DNA of 63,421 nt, the filler included, from Octopus bimaculoides (taxonomy: Eukaryota), in NCBI RefSeq assembly GCF_001194135.2. It is 6 parts of 6 records of this genome, joined end to end, with 100 filler letters (N's around TTAATTAATTAA, not from the genome) between each part and the next. Parts side by side here need not be neighbours in the genome. Positions count along the whole stretch, not along the records: positions 13,989 to 25,244 come from NC_068987.1; positions 25,345 to 33,448 come from NC_068986.1; positions 33,549 to 55,069 come from NC_068991.1; 3 more parts are not named here. One strand, given 5' to 3'. The translations under genes were made by a program, and so were the position numbers. Under the pieces are notes generated by a model that saw only the letters and a list, made by a program, of their open reading frames with translations, was not told where the DNA came from and made no database searches. How positions within the stretch are numbered: the first letter of the stretch is position 1; every line of letters starts with the position of its first letter. Shown here piece by piece: positions 22,511 through 34,726 of this stretch.

Positions 22511-23444
22511 AACAACAAACAAGATGAGGACAAATATCCGTCAAATGTAAATAATGTAAATAATGTAAATAATTCCTCATCTCTTAAATATAGAACTGTA
22601 AGCAATGCAATGTTGTACGATACAATTTATCCGTCCTTCTGTTTACTAGTTTCCTGTAGTAGTGTGTTGAATGTTTGTGTTTACTTTTTGAAAGAGGCGC
22701 TCAGTTGCAAAGAGTATGACAACGGCTTGTCCTTCTTGTCAGAATCTTTTGCATCGAAGTGATACTTCAAGCGTGACGGTTTCATTGCTTCGTTGGTCAA
22801 TGTTTGGTGGAAAGAAGGCACATTGGGAACTGACAGTTCTGTGACGGAATAAATCCAAACGATAAATAATCACTACTGTACTGACGACAATTTCTTTTGA
22901 CTAGTAAAGTGAAAATGTGAAAACGAATTTCTACGGACGGCGTCAGAAAGGGTGTGTGGTATTCCCAAAGAAAAGTCGATAGAGCAGAATCAGATGACAC
23001 GTCGGTACTGGAGCAAATATGGATTTAGTTCGTTTGGCTGCCAGCATTTCAAAAATTAAAGTTTATCGAAAATTTTATAATTTGGCACATTAATGTACCT
23101 TTCCAAGCTAAATTGCTGGAGTTATTCAACTTTTTTCCAGAAAAATGTTTTTAAAAAGTTATAGAGGTTTAAAGTGTGATCATTTTCACCCAGTCAAGAA
23201 ATACAATTTCAAAAGCTGTTATTTTCTGTGTGACTGCACATTTTGTCAACATCTTGAATAGCACTTGTGCTTTGATATGAAACCGTAGAATTACGCACGA
23301 CATATAACCCCTCATAACTTTTATTTAAATAATCTTACTATTGGAGAAAAAAGAATCTACACCGTACTTAAGAAAAGTTAGGCGATACTTTAACGCGCAG
23401 TCTACCGCAGTATCCACTGTTTACGTTGAGAAATGACCTGATCT

Positions 23445-23725
23445 GGGTTAGGATTAGGGTTATGATTTCGGGTTATGGTTATGGTTTAGGGTAAGGGTTA
23501 GGATTAGAGTTATAGTTTAAGATTAGGATTAGCATTTAGGGTCTGGTTTAGAGTTTAGACTTAGGGTTTACGATTAGGGTTAGGGTTAGGCTTTAGAGTT
23601 AGGGTTAGGATCAAGGTTTCTATTTAGGGTTAGGTTTAGGGATTGGGGATTAGTGTTAGAACTTGGGGTTTAAGATCAGGGTTAAGGTTATGGTTACGAT
23701 CAGAGTTAAGGTTGGGATTAGAATG
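23445..23725 (+). repeat. Degenerate interstitial (TTAGGG)n-like array
   Basis: About 45 hexamers such as ttaggg, ttagga, ttagag and ttatgg. Confidence 0.85.
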
Positions 23726-24219
23726 CACGCTAAAGTATAAATGGCCAGGCAGACCACACAATGAAATGGCACAAAAAATAAGGTTATAAAATTTTTCATA
23801 CTAGCACTTACACGTGTAAATCCTTTAATTCAAAGGCTGTCTCAGATCGAGTCTATAAATTATGTTAAGTCTATCTAAACAGTTTAATCTAGTATTAAAT
23901 GCACACCATTTCAAAGCACGAACTAAGAAGGCAACAGAAGGCAGATCTTGAGTTAAATCAACAAATGAAAGCGATTCTATGACGCTCTAATATTCTTGTG
24001 GGTTTCAAGATTAAGTGATTATTAAGCGGTTTATATGTAGGCATTAAATTTATTCTTTCCTCAATGAATATCCGGAAAACTGCATTAAGAGCTGAAAGGA
24101 CTTGTTAGAAAGAGTCAAGTGGGTTTATATTAGGTAGGTCATATATAATTTATAAGTAGATTCCACACATGTTCATATGGACAAATAACACACACGCGCG
24201 CGCACACACACACACACGC

Positions 24220-24253
<34 letters not shown>

Positions 24254-25244
24254 GTTCAAAAAAACACAAAAAACAATAACAAAAAAGTGAGGACGTGATA
24301 CGGATAGTGTTATTGGACGCTTGGGAAAGGAAAGAGAGAGAGTATGACGTTTCGGGCNNNNNNNNNNNNNNNNNNNNNNNNNNNNNNNNNNNNNNNNNNN
24401 NNNNNNNNNNNNNNNNNNNNNNNNNNNNNNNNNNNNNNNNNNNNNNNNNNNNNNNNNNNNNNNNNNNNNNNNNNNNNNNNNNNNNNNNNNNNNNNNNNNN
24501 NNNNNNNNNNNNNNNNNNNNNNNNNNNNNNNNNNNNNNNNNNNNNNNNNNNNNNNNNNNNNNNNNNNNNNNNNNNNNNNNNNNNNNNNNNNNNNNNNNNN
24601 NNNNNNNNNNNNNNNNNNNNNNNNNNNNNNNNNNNNNNNNNNNNNNNNNNNNNNNNNNNNNNNNNNNNNNNNNNNNNNNNNNNNNNNNNNNNNNNNNNNN
24701 NNNNNNNNNNNNNNNNNNNNNNNNNNNNNNNNNNNNNNNNNNNNNNNNNNNNNNNNNNNNNNNNNNNNNNNNNNNNNNNNNNNNNNNNNNNNNNNNNNNN
24801 NNNNNNNNNNNNNNNNNNNNNNNNNNNNNNNNNNNNNNNNNNNNNNNNNAGTGTGTATGTGTGTGTATATGTGTGTTTGTGTGTGTGTGTGTGTGACGTA
24901 GTGGAAGGAATTAGTTGCAGGAATAGTTAGTGGGTGCTTATGGACAATGGTCAGTGGAAGGTCAGCAAGCAGTTTTTGAGTAAGTGTGTTTGTGTGGGGT
25001 TGTAGGTGTTGGGTACATGTGCATGTGTGTGTGTATTTTGTACGTGCGCGTGTGTGCATGTGTGTGTTTTTGTGCGTGCGTGTGTGTTTGTGTGTATGTG
25101 TATGTGGGTGTGCGCGCGTGTGTGTATGTGTGTGGATGTGCGTGTGTGTGTGGGATTGTGAGTGTTAGGTACGTGTGCGTGTGTGTGTATGCGCGTGCGT
25201 GTTTATGTGTGTCTGTATGTGTGTGTCCGTAATATTTATATATA

Positions 25245-25344
25245 NNNNNNNNNNNNNNNNNNNNNNNNNNNNNNNNNNNNNNNNNNNNTTAATTAATTAA
25301 NNNNNNNNNNNNNNNNNNNNNNNNNNNNNNNNNNNNNNNNNNNN
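25245..25344. other. Artificial concatenation spacer
   Basis: TTAATTAATTAA at 25289-25300 flanked by 44 N on each side. Confidence 0.93.
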
Positions 25345-25852
25345 TATATATTTATACATACATACATACACACTATCGGTCGCGCATACACAGTGCATAT
25401 ATCTTGTGTCTACATCGAATTTGCTGCGGGGTAGCGTCCTGGGAAAGCTCCTTACACAGCGCCGAATGTTAAAGTACACCTGAATGTTTCCTTCTATTGT
25501 GCTATTAAGGCTTCTTGTTACTCGATAGTTTTGATCGAAATAAACAGTTCAATGTTCCTTATAAATAATCTCTCTATCGATTCACACACACACACACACT
25601 GTACAGTATTGCATTATTATCATTTCATATTTTTCTGGGTCCTCTTTACACGTGCTTTGATACTAAATTTTTCTTTTCTTCTGCGTTTTCCATGTCATAA
25701 GCTTCATATGCCCCTCATTGAGATTATCGTCAGGAGTCCGCACACTTTTGACACATAAATTTGGTGCTTTCATTTATTGTGGCTGTTCGTTTTCAAACAT
25801 GAATTCTGTTTATCATGTTAAAGCAAGTACCTCCTGAGATCGAGTTGTAATG

Positions 25853-25928
<76 letters not shown>

Positions 25929-26631
25929 GCAACTTGTCTGGTTTTGCCATCCAATTTTACATTCTCCCCCATATCCTGTAAATCATTACGTTAAAATTAC
26001 GTGTCAACACAAAATAAACGATATTATTTATTCTGTTGTTGGCACCGAGTTCGCTCCTAAACTGACTCAACGTGAATCCGTTAATAGATTTCTTTTGCAT
26101 CCGGTTTCCCTTTAATACCCACAGATATTACTTCTATGTTACTTGGGATTTAAGTTAATAAGTTGCATATTTTTACCCAAGGCGTTACAATTCTTTAAAT
26201 ATCTTATTCGTTTTATAAAAATAAAAACTGTTTCTTTCCATACGAAACCTTTTGGTAGATCTCTGGTTTTCATTTTGTTTATTGGATACAGTATTTTGTT
26301 AAGCGTTAAGTATATCATTAAGCATCCTAAATTTGGGGATTTTTCTATTTTTCTATTTCACATCTTCGTCTTGTAGGCAGGGTATGGTCAAATGTTTAAG
26401 AAGTTCGCTTCATTACCGAGAGGTCATGGGTTCGATTTTCTTGACAAATCTCATCTTCCAGGTTGCCTCTGCTGTTTGTTTTCCCTGTGTTTTAAACGAT
26501 AGTGTCACACGATTTAAATGTTTAAATTTAAATGTTACGATTGTCATTTCTTGCTGGTCATTTATTCGCTGATAATGGAGTCTTTCACATTTGTTTTTCG
26601 TGGTTGATGTTTGTTACATAACTCGAAGTTT

Positions 26632-26705
<74 letters not shown>

Positions 26706-27001
26706 ACACACACTCATTATTATATTCTGAACACAGGAGTTATTTCATACTTCATGTTCGGAGAGTGCGGTCTTCGGACGAGTTTGTACAATGCATCGTG
26801 TTCATTTTATAAGCTTGAACCATTGTGCCAGATCGTGCACGGTACACGATACAAGCCCGTTCGAGCACTGCACTTCCTGAGCACGAAACTTGAAGTAGCT
26901 CACGTAACTCTTGTATTCATTAAATGTAATATCTCTGTCTCTGAATTGAGGGCTTTGTTTTTGCTGATCCTCTCAACAAAACGAGAGAATAGTACACTGT
27001 A

Positions 27002-27081
<80 letters not shown>

Positions 27082-27944
27082 CAGTGAATAAGATAAAAAG
27101 TAATTTTGCTAGTAATGCCTTTACCATGTCTCTATCAGGATTGAAAGGCAACAAAGTATAAGCGACAACGCGCGCGCGCACACACACACGCACACACAAA
27201 CACACACACACANNNNNNNNNNNNNNNNNNNNNNNNNNNNNNNNNNNNNNNNNNNNNNNNNNNNNNNNNNNNNNNNNNNNNNNNNNNNNNNNNNNNNNNN
27301 NNNNNNNNNNNNNNNNNNNNNNNNNNNNNNNNNNNNNNNNNNNNNNNNNNNNNNNNNNNNNNNNNNNNNNNNNNNNNNNNNNNNNNNNNNNNNNNNNNNN
27401 NNNNNNNNNNNNNNNNNNNNNNNNNNNNNNNNNNNNNNNNNNNNNNNNNNNNNNNNNNNNNNNNNNNNNNNNNNNNNNNNNNNNNNNNNNNNNNNNNNNN
27501 NNNNNNNNNNNNNNNNNNNNNNNNNNNNNNNNNNNNNNNNNNNNNNNNNNNNNNNNNNNNNNNNNNNNNNNNNNNNNNNNNNNNNNNNNNNNNNNNNNNN
27601 NNNNNNNNNNNNNNNNNNNNNNNNNNNNNNNNNNNNNNNNNNNNNNNNNNNNNNNNNNNNNNNNNNNNNNNNNNNNNNNNNNNNNNNNNNNNNNNNNNNN
27701 NNNNNNNNNNNNNNNNNNNNNNNNNNNNNNNNNNNNNNNNNNNNNNNNNNNNNNNNNNNNNNNNNNNNNNNNNNNNNNNNNNNNNNNNNNNNNNNNNNNN
27801 NNNNNNNNNNNNNNNNNNNNNNNNNNNNNNNNNNNNNNNNNNNNNNNNNNNNNNNNNNNNNNNNNNNNNNNNNNNNNNNNNNNNNNNNNNNNNNNNNNNN
27901 NNNNNNNNNNNNNNNNNNNNNNNNNNNNNNNNNNNNNNNNNNNN

Positions 27945-28013
<69 letters not shown>

Positions 28014-28438
28014 TGCATGTAGAGCAATCAAATAAAGGCTCCCACGTTGGGCTTTTACAACAGGTTCTTGCTGTTAGTGACGACGGTGAGGATAGTGGTG
28101 ATGGTGGTGGTGATGATGATGTTGGTGATGATAGTGGTGATGGTGGTGGTGATGATGATATTGATTTTGGTGATGTTGTTGCTGGTGATGACGGTGATAT
28201 TTATTGTAGAAAATTCGGTGATCTGATATTTGTATAATTCTGCACGTTCACTTTTAGTCGTACGTCACGTGGTTTTTTTTGTTAGTCTTGTATCACGTGG
28301 TCGATGATATCTTCGCTCTCATAATTTTCTTATATCACGTTCTCATTCTTCTTGTCATCTGCATTTGATTTCAAATCCAGCAAGAGTTGAATATAAGTAT
28401 ATTTTTTTTTATCTCCGTGGGTTTCATGTAAATATAAC

Positions 28439-28478
<40 letters not shown>

Positions 28479-28896
28479 NNNNNNNNNNNNNNNNNNNNNN
28501 NNNNNNNNNNNNNNNNNNNNNNNNNNNNNNNNNNNNNNNNNNNNNNNNNNNNNNNNNNNNNNNNNNNNNNNNNNNNNNNNNNNNNNNNNNNNNNNNNNNN
28601 NNNNNNNNNNNNNNNNNNNNNNNNNNNNNNNNNNNNNNNNNNNNNNNNNNNNNNNNNNNNNNNNNNNNNNNNNNNNNNNNNNNNNNNNNNNNNNNNNNNN
28701 NNNNNNNNNNNNNNNNNNNNNNNNNNNNNNNNNNNNNNNNNNNNNNNNNNNNNNNNNNNNNNNNNNNNNNNNNNNNNNNNNNNNNNNNNNNNNNNNNNNN
28801 NNNNNNNNNNNNNNNNNNNNNNNNNNNNNNNNNNNNNNNNNNNNNNNNNNNNNNNNNNNNNNNNNNNNNNNNNNNNNNNNNNNNNNNNNNNATTAT

Positions 28897-29036
28897 TATT
28901 CTGAGTTCAAATTCCGCTGAGGTCAACTCTGCCTTTCATCCTTTCGGCGTCAATAAACTAAGTACCAGCAGTGAAACACTGGGGTCGATGTAATCCCCTC
29001 CCGCCAAATTACAGGCCTTGTGCCTTTTGTAAAAAG
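28897..29036 (+). mobile_element. SINE family C, 3' part
   Basis: ttctgagttcaaattccgctgaggtcaactctgcctttcatcc...ggggtcgatgtaatc...caggccttgtgcc, then a (TTA)n tract. Confidence 0.75.
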
Positions 29037-29037
29037 G

Positions 29038-29099
<62 letters not shown>

Positions 29100-29103
<4 letters not shown>

Positions 29104-29790
29104 TTCTCTTTATCACAGGTTTTGTTGGAACTCTTGGAGTCTTGCATGTGTACCAGGTTTGCTACCTGCAGCCTACAGTACCATGCTATCCGTTCTTTTC
29201 GGTTATCTAATACTTTCCTGATTATTCTGGCCATGCCAAGGAGTCAAACCTTTTGTAACAGTTCTACTGAGCACTCTATTCCGATTTCCTTTATATTCCC
29301 CTTGATGTTTTCTGATACTGTCCCCAAGGACCCAACAATAATTGGCACTATCTTCACCTCCTTCATTTTCAATAGCCGAGTTATTTCGTACTTAAGAGGG
29401 TTGTATTTATCTATCTTTTCGCCTTCCACCTTGACTATTTGTGGGTCAAATGTACATGCAACATCAGCTATATAGCATATGTGGTGCATCTTGTCCATCA
29501 CCACTAGGTCCGGTTTGTTCTGCTCTAGCACCTGATCTGTTTTGATTGGGAAATTCCAAAGGATTTTGTTAGTCTTCGACTCGGCTACTCTCTGTGGTTT
29601 GTGCACAAACCACGTCTTGCCTCTGTCTAGCCCCTACTTTTCGGACAGTTTTCAATGTAGCACTTTCGCTACCTGATCGTGTCGCCACAACATGTAGTAG
29701 TTTTGGACAAGTCTAGGGCATTCGTTTGGGATACTACAGCTTAATGGCTCTGCAGCCTGAAGCAAACAGCTTCTTATTTCCAGTAAGAGG
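29100..29790 (-). mobile_element. R4/Dong-like 3' fragment (zinc knuckle + REL endonuclease + (TAA)n tail)
   Basis: ECPRLVQNYY..RHDQVAKVLH; KILWNFPIKTDQVLEQNKPDLVVMDK...IADVACTFD...EKIDKYNPL...VPIIVGSLG. Confidence 0.85.
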
Positions 29791-30693
29791 CTATCCACTT
29801 CACAGAAGACAATATCAGAAATATAAGTAAAAAGATAAGCAATTGGAAAGCAGCAGGACCTGATGGGGTACAGGGATTTTGGATAAAAAGGTTCATTAGT
29901 TGCCATAAATTGATTTCAGAGCAATTTAATGCATTGATCAATGGAAAAGAAGAAATCCCGGGTTGATTGACAAAAGGACGAACGGTATTGTGCCAGAAGG
30001 ATACATCAAAGGGAAATGCTGCTGACAATTACCGACCAATTTGTTGCCACCCGTTAATGAGAAAGTTATTGTCAGGAGGAATTTCAGAAGAACTGTATAA
30101 ATTCCTGGATGAGGACGATATATTACCGCCGGAACAAAAAGGCTGCAGAAGGAAATGCAGAGGTACCAAAGATCAACTATTGATAGACAAAATGGTAATA
30201 CAAGATTGTAAACGAAGGAGAACAAATCTGGGAATGGCCTGGATTGACTATCGTAAAGCTTATGATATGATTCCAAATTCGTGGTTCATCGAGTGTTTAG
30301 ATCTGTTTGGAATTGTGAGGAATGTAACGCGTTTCTCGAAGAGAAGCATGGTGAGATGGAAAACTGAACTAACATCTTNNNNNNNNNNNNNNNNNNNNNN
30401 NNNNNNNNNNNNNNNNNNNNNNNNNNNNNNNNNNNNNNNNNNNNNNNNNNNNNNNNNNNNNNNNNNNNNNNNNNNNNNNNNNNNNNNNNNNNNNNNNNNN
30501 NNNNNNNNNNNNNNNNNNNNNNNNNNNNNNNNNNNNNNNNNNNNNNNNNNNNNNNNNNNNNNNNNNNNNNNNNNNNNNNNNNNNNNGAGTAATCTGCTTA
30601 AAAAGAGGCAAGGTAAGTCCCTAACAGGGATAGAATTACTGAATAGAGACTTGATTAAACAAATTGAAACGGAAGGATACAAATACATTGGTG

Positions 30694-30758
<65 letters not shown>

Positions 30759-31555
30759 ATAATAATAATAGAGAAAATTGTGCCACTTGAAAGCAGACGT
30801 TGACTGGCTGTATCTACCAGAAGCTTCAGGTGGGTTTGAACTGGTCCAGCTTGAATCCATCCCTATCAAGCAGAAAAGAAACATTCCGCTAAATCGTGAA
30901 ACACCGGATACACTCCACCAAGGAAAAAGCAGGACATCTGTAAAAAAAAAGAGTTTGATATCTCAGAAGCCCCACCAGCAGAAAAAGAGGGGGACAACTA
31001 TTTAGTCGAGTGGGGAGAGGGCAGAATAATGCATGTAAGTATCCAAAGCAGAAGCAGGATGCAGACGTGACCCAAGTGAAATCACATCGGTAGTTCAAGA
31101 GCATTGGACTAAAAGCGGAGACAGAAGATCTGATGATTGTGGCACAAGATCAGAGTCTTGCATTCAAATCCTATCGCCATGGCATCATAAAGAATGGAAC
31201 AGATTCACAATGCAGGATCTGTGGAAAATATGAAGAAACTATCGATCAAAGTGTTTCTGGCAAATATGAGACACAAGTGAGTCCCCTGGTGAACACAGTC
31301 CACTGTTTTAGAACTGATATTAGAATGGAATTTGAACTCAAGAAGTCCGGAATAATTTACCTACAAAGAGGCAAGGTACCGAATAGAGACTTGATTAAAC
31401 AAATTGAGACGGAATACCTTGATGTACTAGAGTTCAACGAGATAATGGAAAAGGAAACGAAAGAGCATCTGAGGAAAGACTAATTTCGAAGACTGAGGTT
31501 GGTGTTACGCTCAAAATTGACTGGATGGAATAAAGTCCAAGCAGTTCATACGTAG
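29791..31555 (+). mobile_element. R4/Dong-like reverse transcriptase fragment
   Basis: KAAGPDGV; [15 protein letters not shown]...[20 protein letters not shown]...[20 protein letters not shown]; YKYIGV; VAQDQSL...CRICGKYEETID. Interrupted by a gap and a (CTA)n tract. Confidence 0.88.
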
Positions 31556-31592
31556 GCGGCCGCATCACTTCGGTATCACTTGTTTTGCATAC

Positions 31593-31720
31593 CTCTTCTT
31601 AGGGCTGACTTTTCTTTCGAGTCTTCGTTCTCTTTCTATTATTTGAACTGCCTCCAACTGTTTGATGACCCTGTTCGTCTTCCTTGCTACAATACGTTGT
31701 GTTGGTATTATCGTTTCTAA
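31593..31720 (-). CDS. Candidate exon
   Basis: Acceptor ccgcctgtctcAG and donor AG|GTATGC, 128 nt open: LETIIPTQRIVARKTNRVIKQLEAVQIIERERRLERKVSPKK. Confidence 0.25.
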
Positions 31721-32989
31721 CTGAGACAGGCGGCCTTATTCTGTCCTGCGATCGATGCCAGTTTTCGACCATCCTCAGAGCTACAACTTCTGATACGACT
31801 AACAGTGTTGTTTGAACAGTAGTCCCCAGCATTTAATGTTGTTGCTGCTATTAGTTATGTAATTGTGTCTTCCTTTGCTTTTATGGTTCCTCAGCAAATA
31901 AATTCCTCAATGAATTCTTACAGCAATCTGGATTTTCTTTTCTTTACAAAGTTTCATAGCTTTCTTTTTGCACCTACAATAAAGCACAGCTTTGAAATTG
32001 CTCTGTAGTCTTCGGGGGTGGGCACTTGTACATCTATATAGACTCCACCCAACGAAATGCCGTTCCTTTTGGTTACCTCGGTGCTTGACACTTGCACGAT
32101 GCAAAGTTAACGTTGGACCAAAAATCAACCTCGTCACAGATTTCTTTATCGAACTTTTGTGTTGCACCACCCCGTGTATTATGGAGAGAGTCTCAGAGTA
32201 AGTATGTGTCGCACTAACTGCTTTTCTTTCGTTCTTCTGTTGTTTCGAATATTGCGTATATGGTCCCATTATTTCTTTCTTAATCAACAGAAAACATGTT
32301 ATTCCAGGTTGCGACTAACGTTGTCTGCAGATGTTTTTTCGAGGATGTGAGAAAATCCCAGTAAGTCGATTTTTTCCTGTCTTTCTCGTTCTTCGAAAAG
32401 GGAGTGAGAAGCTGATGTACTTTCATTTGCCACTAAACTCTGCCGCCAAGCAAACTTTGTCTTCGCAAAAGAATCTTGTCTGGGGCCTGTCTAATGTATT
32501 TCCAAAAACGAGAAAATAGAAAATTCCATTTATTCTTTCGCTTGGCGAAACATTTTTATGTTGATATTTCTACTATTTGAGTTTTTAAAATTGTTTGAAG
32601 AAAATATCGTTTTCTGCCTAAAAATTATTTATACTTCTATATGTGAAAGCTATGTATTCTATCGAGGAATGTGTTTGTTTCCTTTTTTCAGTCAGCTGAC
32701 AGTAAAAGCTTCTCATTTTTGAAGTGGTGTTTTTAAACGCTAGTCATTTCATTTGTTTACGAGTGATATAATATTTTTTCTCTCAATTTTAAACTTTTCT
32801 TCTCAAACAAAAAAATTTTAATGCAAAGAATTAAATTCTTACATTTCTATCTGGAAAAGTTACATTACAAATGTTTTTCAGTTTCGTTTCGTTTGGTAAT
32901 AATCCATGAGAGAATCAAACTGACATGTCTGATAGTCTCTAAGTACAATTAGAAGTACATTTAGAAGAAGAACAACAATTAGAAGAAGA

Positions 32990-33328
32990 AGAATGCATCA
33001 ATGTGGCTATATTTGCGGACACGAATGTAGCGGTCAAAGAAGAGGAGAAAATAGGAAAGTACTAGGATTTGGTTAAATAAATACGAAGATTGTGGAGGGT
33101 TCCACCAAAGATGACCTCATTTGTTATAGGGACCCCCTACATACGTCAGCAACAGACTTAAAAGTTCCCTTATTGAGGTTTGTGTAACCACAAGAGTTGC
33201 TTTGATTCAGAAATCTGCTCTATTGGGAACAACAAGGATTGTAAGAAAGTTCCTTGATATCAAAGGAAATTCGTTGTGACCCGGTATCTTGGACACTGAT
33301 TTTGAATGTAAAACATCCGCGCGCACCA

Positions 33329-33386
<58 letters not shown>

Positions 33387-33388
33387 TG

Positions 33389-33437
<49 letters not shown>

Positions 33438-33448
33438 TAATAATAATA
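32990..33448 (+). mobile_element. R4/Dong-like 3' end with (AAT)n tail
   Basis: IFADTNVAVKEEEKIGKY...IQKSALLGTTRIVRKFLDI, a short 3' UTR and then (AAT)n. Confidence 0.75.
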
Positions 33449-33548
33449 NNNNNNNNNNNNNNNNNNNNNNNNNNNNNNNNNNNNNNNNNNNNTTAATTAA
33501 TTAANNNNNNNNNNNNNNNNNNNNNNNNNNNNNNNNNNNNNNNNNNNN
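33449..33548. other. Artificial concatenation spacer
   Basis: TTAATTAATTAA at 33493-33504 flanked by 44 N on each side. Confidence 0.93.
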
Positions 33549-33583
<35 letters not shown>

Positions 33584-34343
33584 ATGTATATATGCATGTA
33601 TTATACATATGTATATGTATATATGTGTGTGTGTGTTTGTGCGTGTGTTTGCATGTGTATGTACATATATGTATACACAGACACTCATATCCATGTAAAT
33701 ATAAAAATATATACATTCTTATATATGTGTGTGCGTACGTCTGTTGTGGATGCGTGTGTATATGTGTGCGAATGTAGTTATGTACGTTTGCGTATATATA
33801 TATATATATGTGTGTATATATATATATATATACATAAATGTAAGTATGCATATATGTACATATATATAATCATATACATATGTATTTACGTATATATATT
33901 AATATATATACATATATATATATATATACACAGAAATAGAGAGAGAAAGAGAGAGAGAGAGAATGAGAGATGCATATACTGAACGTAAGAAGAGCTAAGT
34001 AAACAAAACAAATAGAAGATATGACACGTTGAATTGTAGAAATTAAGACAATAGAAATTATAGAGCAAATATACAGAATCTTAAAGTAAAATAACTGTAA
34101 ATATATCGCATATGTTTCACAAAAATGTAAACACTCCAAGCCATATATAATAATACAACGCACACAGAGTCAGACATATGTAAATACACATGTATAAACA
34201 TACATAGATGTGCACTAACGGACAGAGACACAGAGACACAGAGACACAAACTACCATGCACATGTACAGCTACACTTACATATGTAAACATATATAAAAT
34301 ATAATACTGGGGTGTGCGAGAGATTGCGTAAGTATGTATGTGA

Positions 34344-34381
<38 letters not shown>

Positions 34382-34669
34382 NNNNNNNNNNNNNNNNNNN
34401 NNNNNNNNNNNNNNNNNNNNNNNNNNNNNNNNNNNNNNNNNNNNNNNNNNNNNNNNNNNNNNNNNNNNNNNNNNNNNNNNNNNNNNNNNNNNNNNNNNNN
34501 NNNNNNNNNNNNNNNNNNNNNNNNNNNNNNNNNNNNNNNNNNNNNNNNNNNNNNNNNNNNNNNNNNNNNNNNNNNNNNNNNNNNNNNNNNNNNNNNNNNN
34601 NNNNNNNNNNNNNNNNNNNNNNNNNNNNNNNNNNNNNNNNNNNNNNNNNNNNNNNNNNNNNNNNNNNNN

Positions 34670-34726
<57 letters not shown>

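Larger units (their letters stand above)
22154..22599. mobile_element. Non-autonomous hammerhead-bearing element with inverted halves (Penelope-like/retrozyme-SINE)
   Basis: 12-bp direct repeat AAGCAATGCAAT at 22142-22153 and 22600-22611. Left and right halves are inverted copies. A B-box head remnant lies at about 22338-22370. Confidence 0.75.
21620..22920 (-). mobile_element. hAT (Buster/Charlie; ZBED5/SCAND3-like) transposase pseudogene, interrupted at 22154-22599
   Basis: RQYSSDYLSFGFI...PMCLL...MKPSRLKYHF; SEFSIQVDESTVADNQCLMLVYVRY...EEMLF...ILACASDGVPSMIGRYRGF. Confidence 0.85.

Noticed and set aside
23445-23725. True telomere
   Set aside because: The array is internal, short and highly degenerate.
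24346-24357. tgacgtttcgggc, resembling the reverse complement of a hammerhead 3' half
   Set aside because: It is truncated by a gap, so the core and stems cannot be seen.
28060-28240. Asp/Gly-rich ORF
   Set aside because: It is a degenerate (GAT/GGT)n microsatellite.
28255-28305. Two CACGTG E-boxes
   Set aside because: No other promoter features accompany them, so chance occurrence is plausible.
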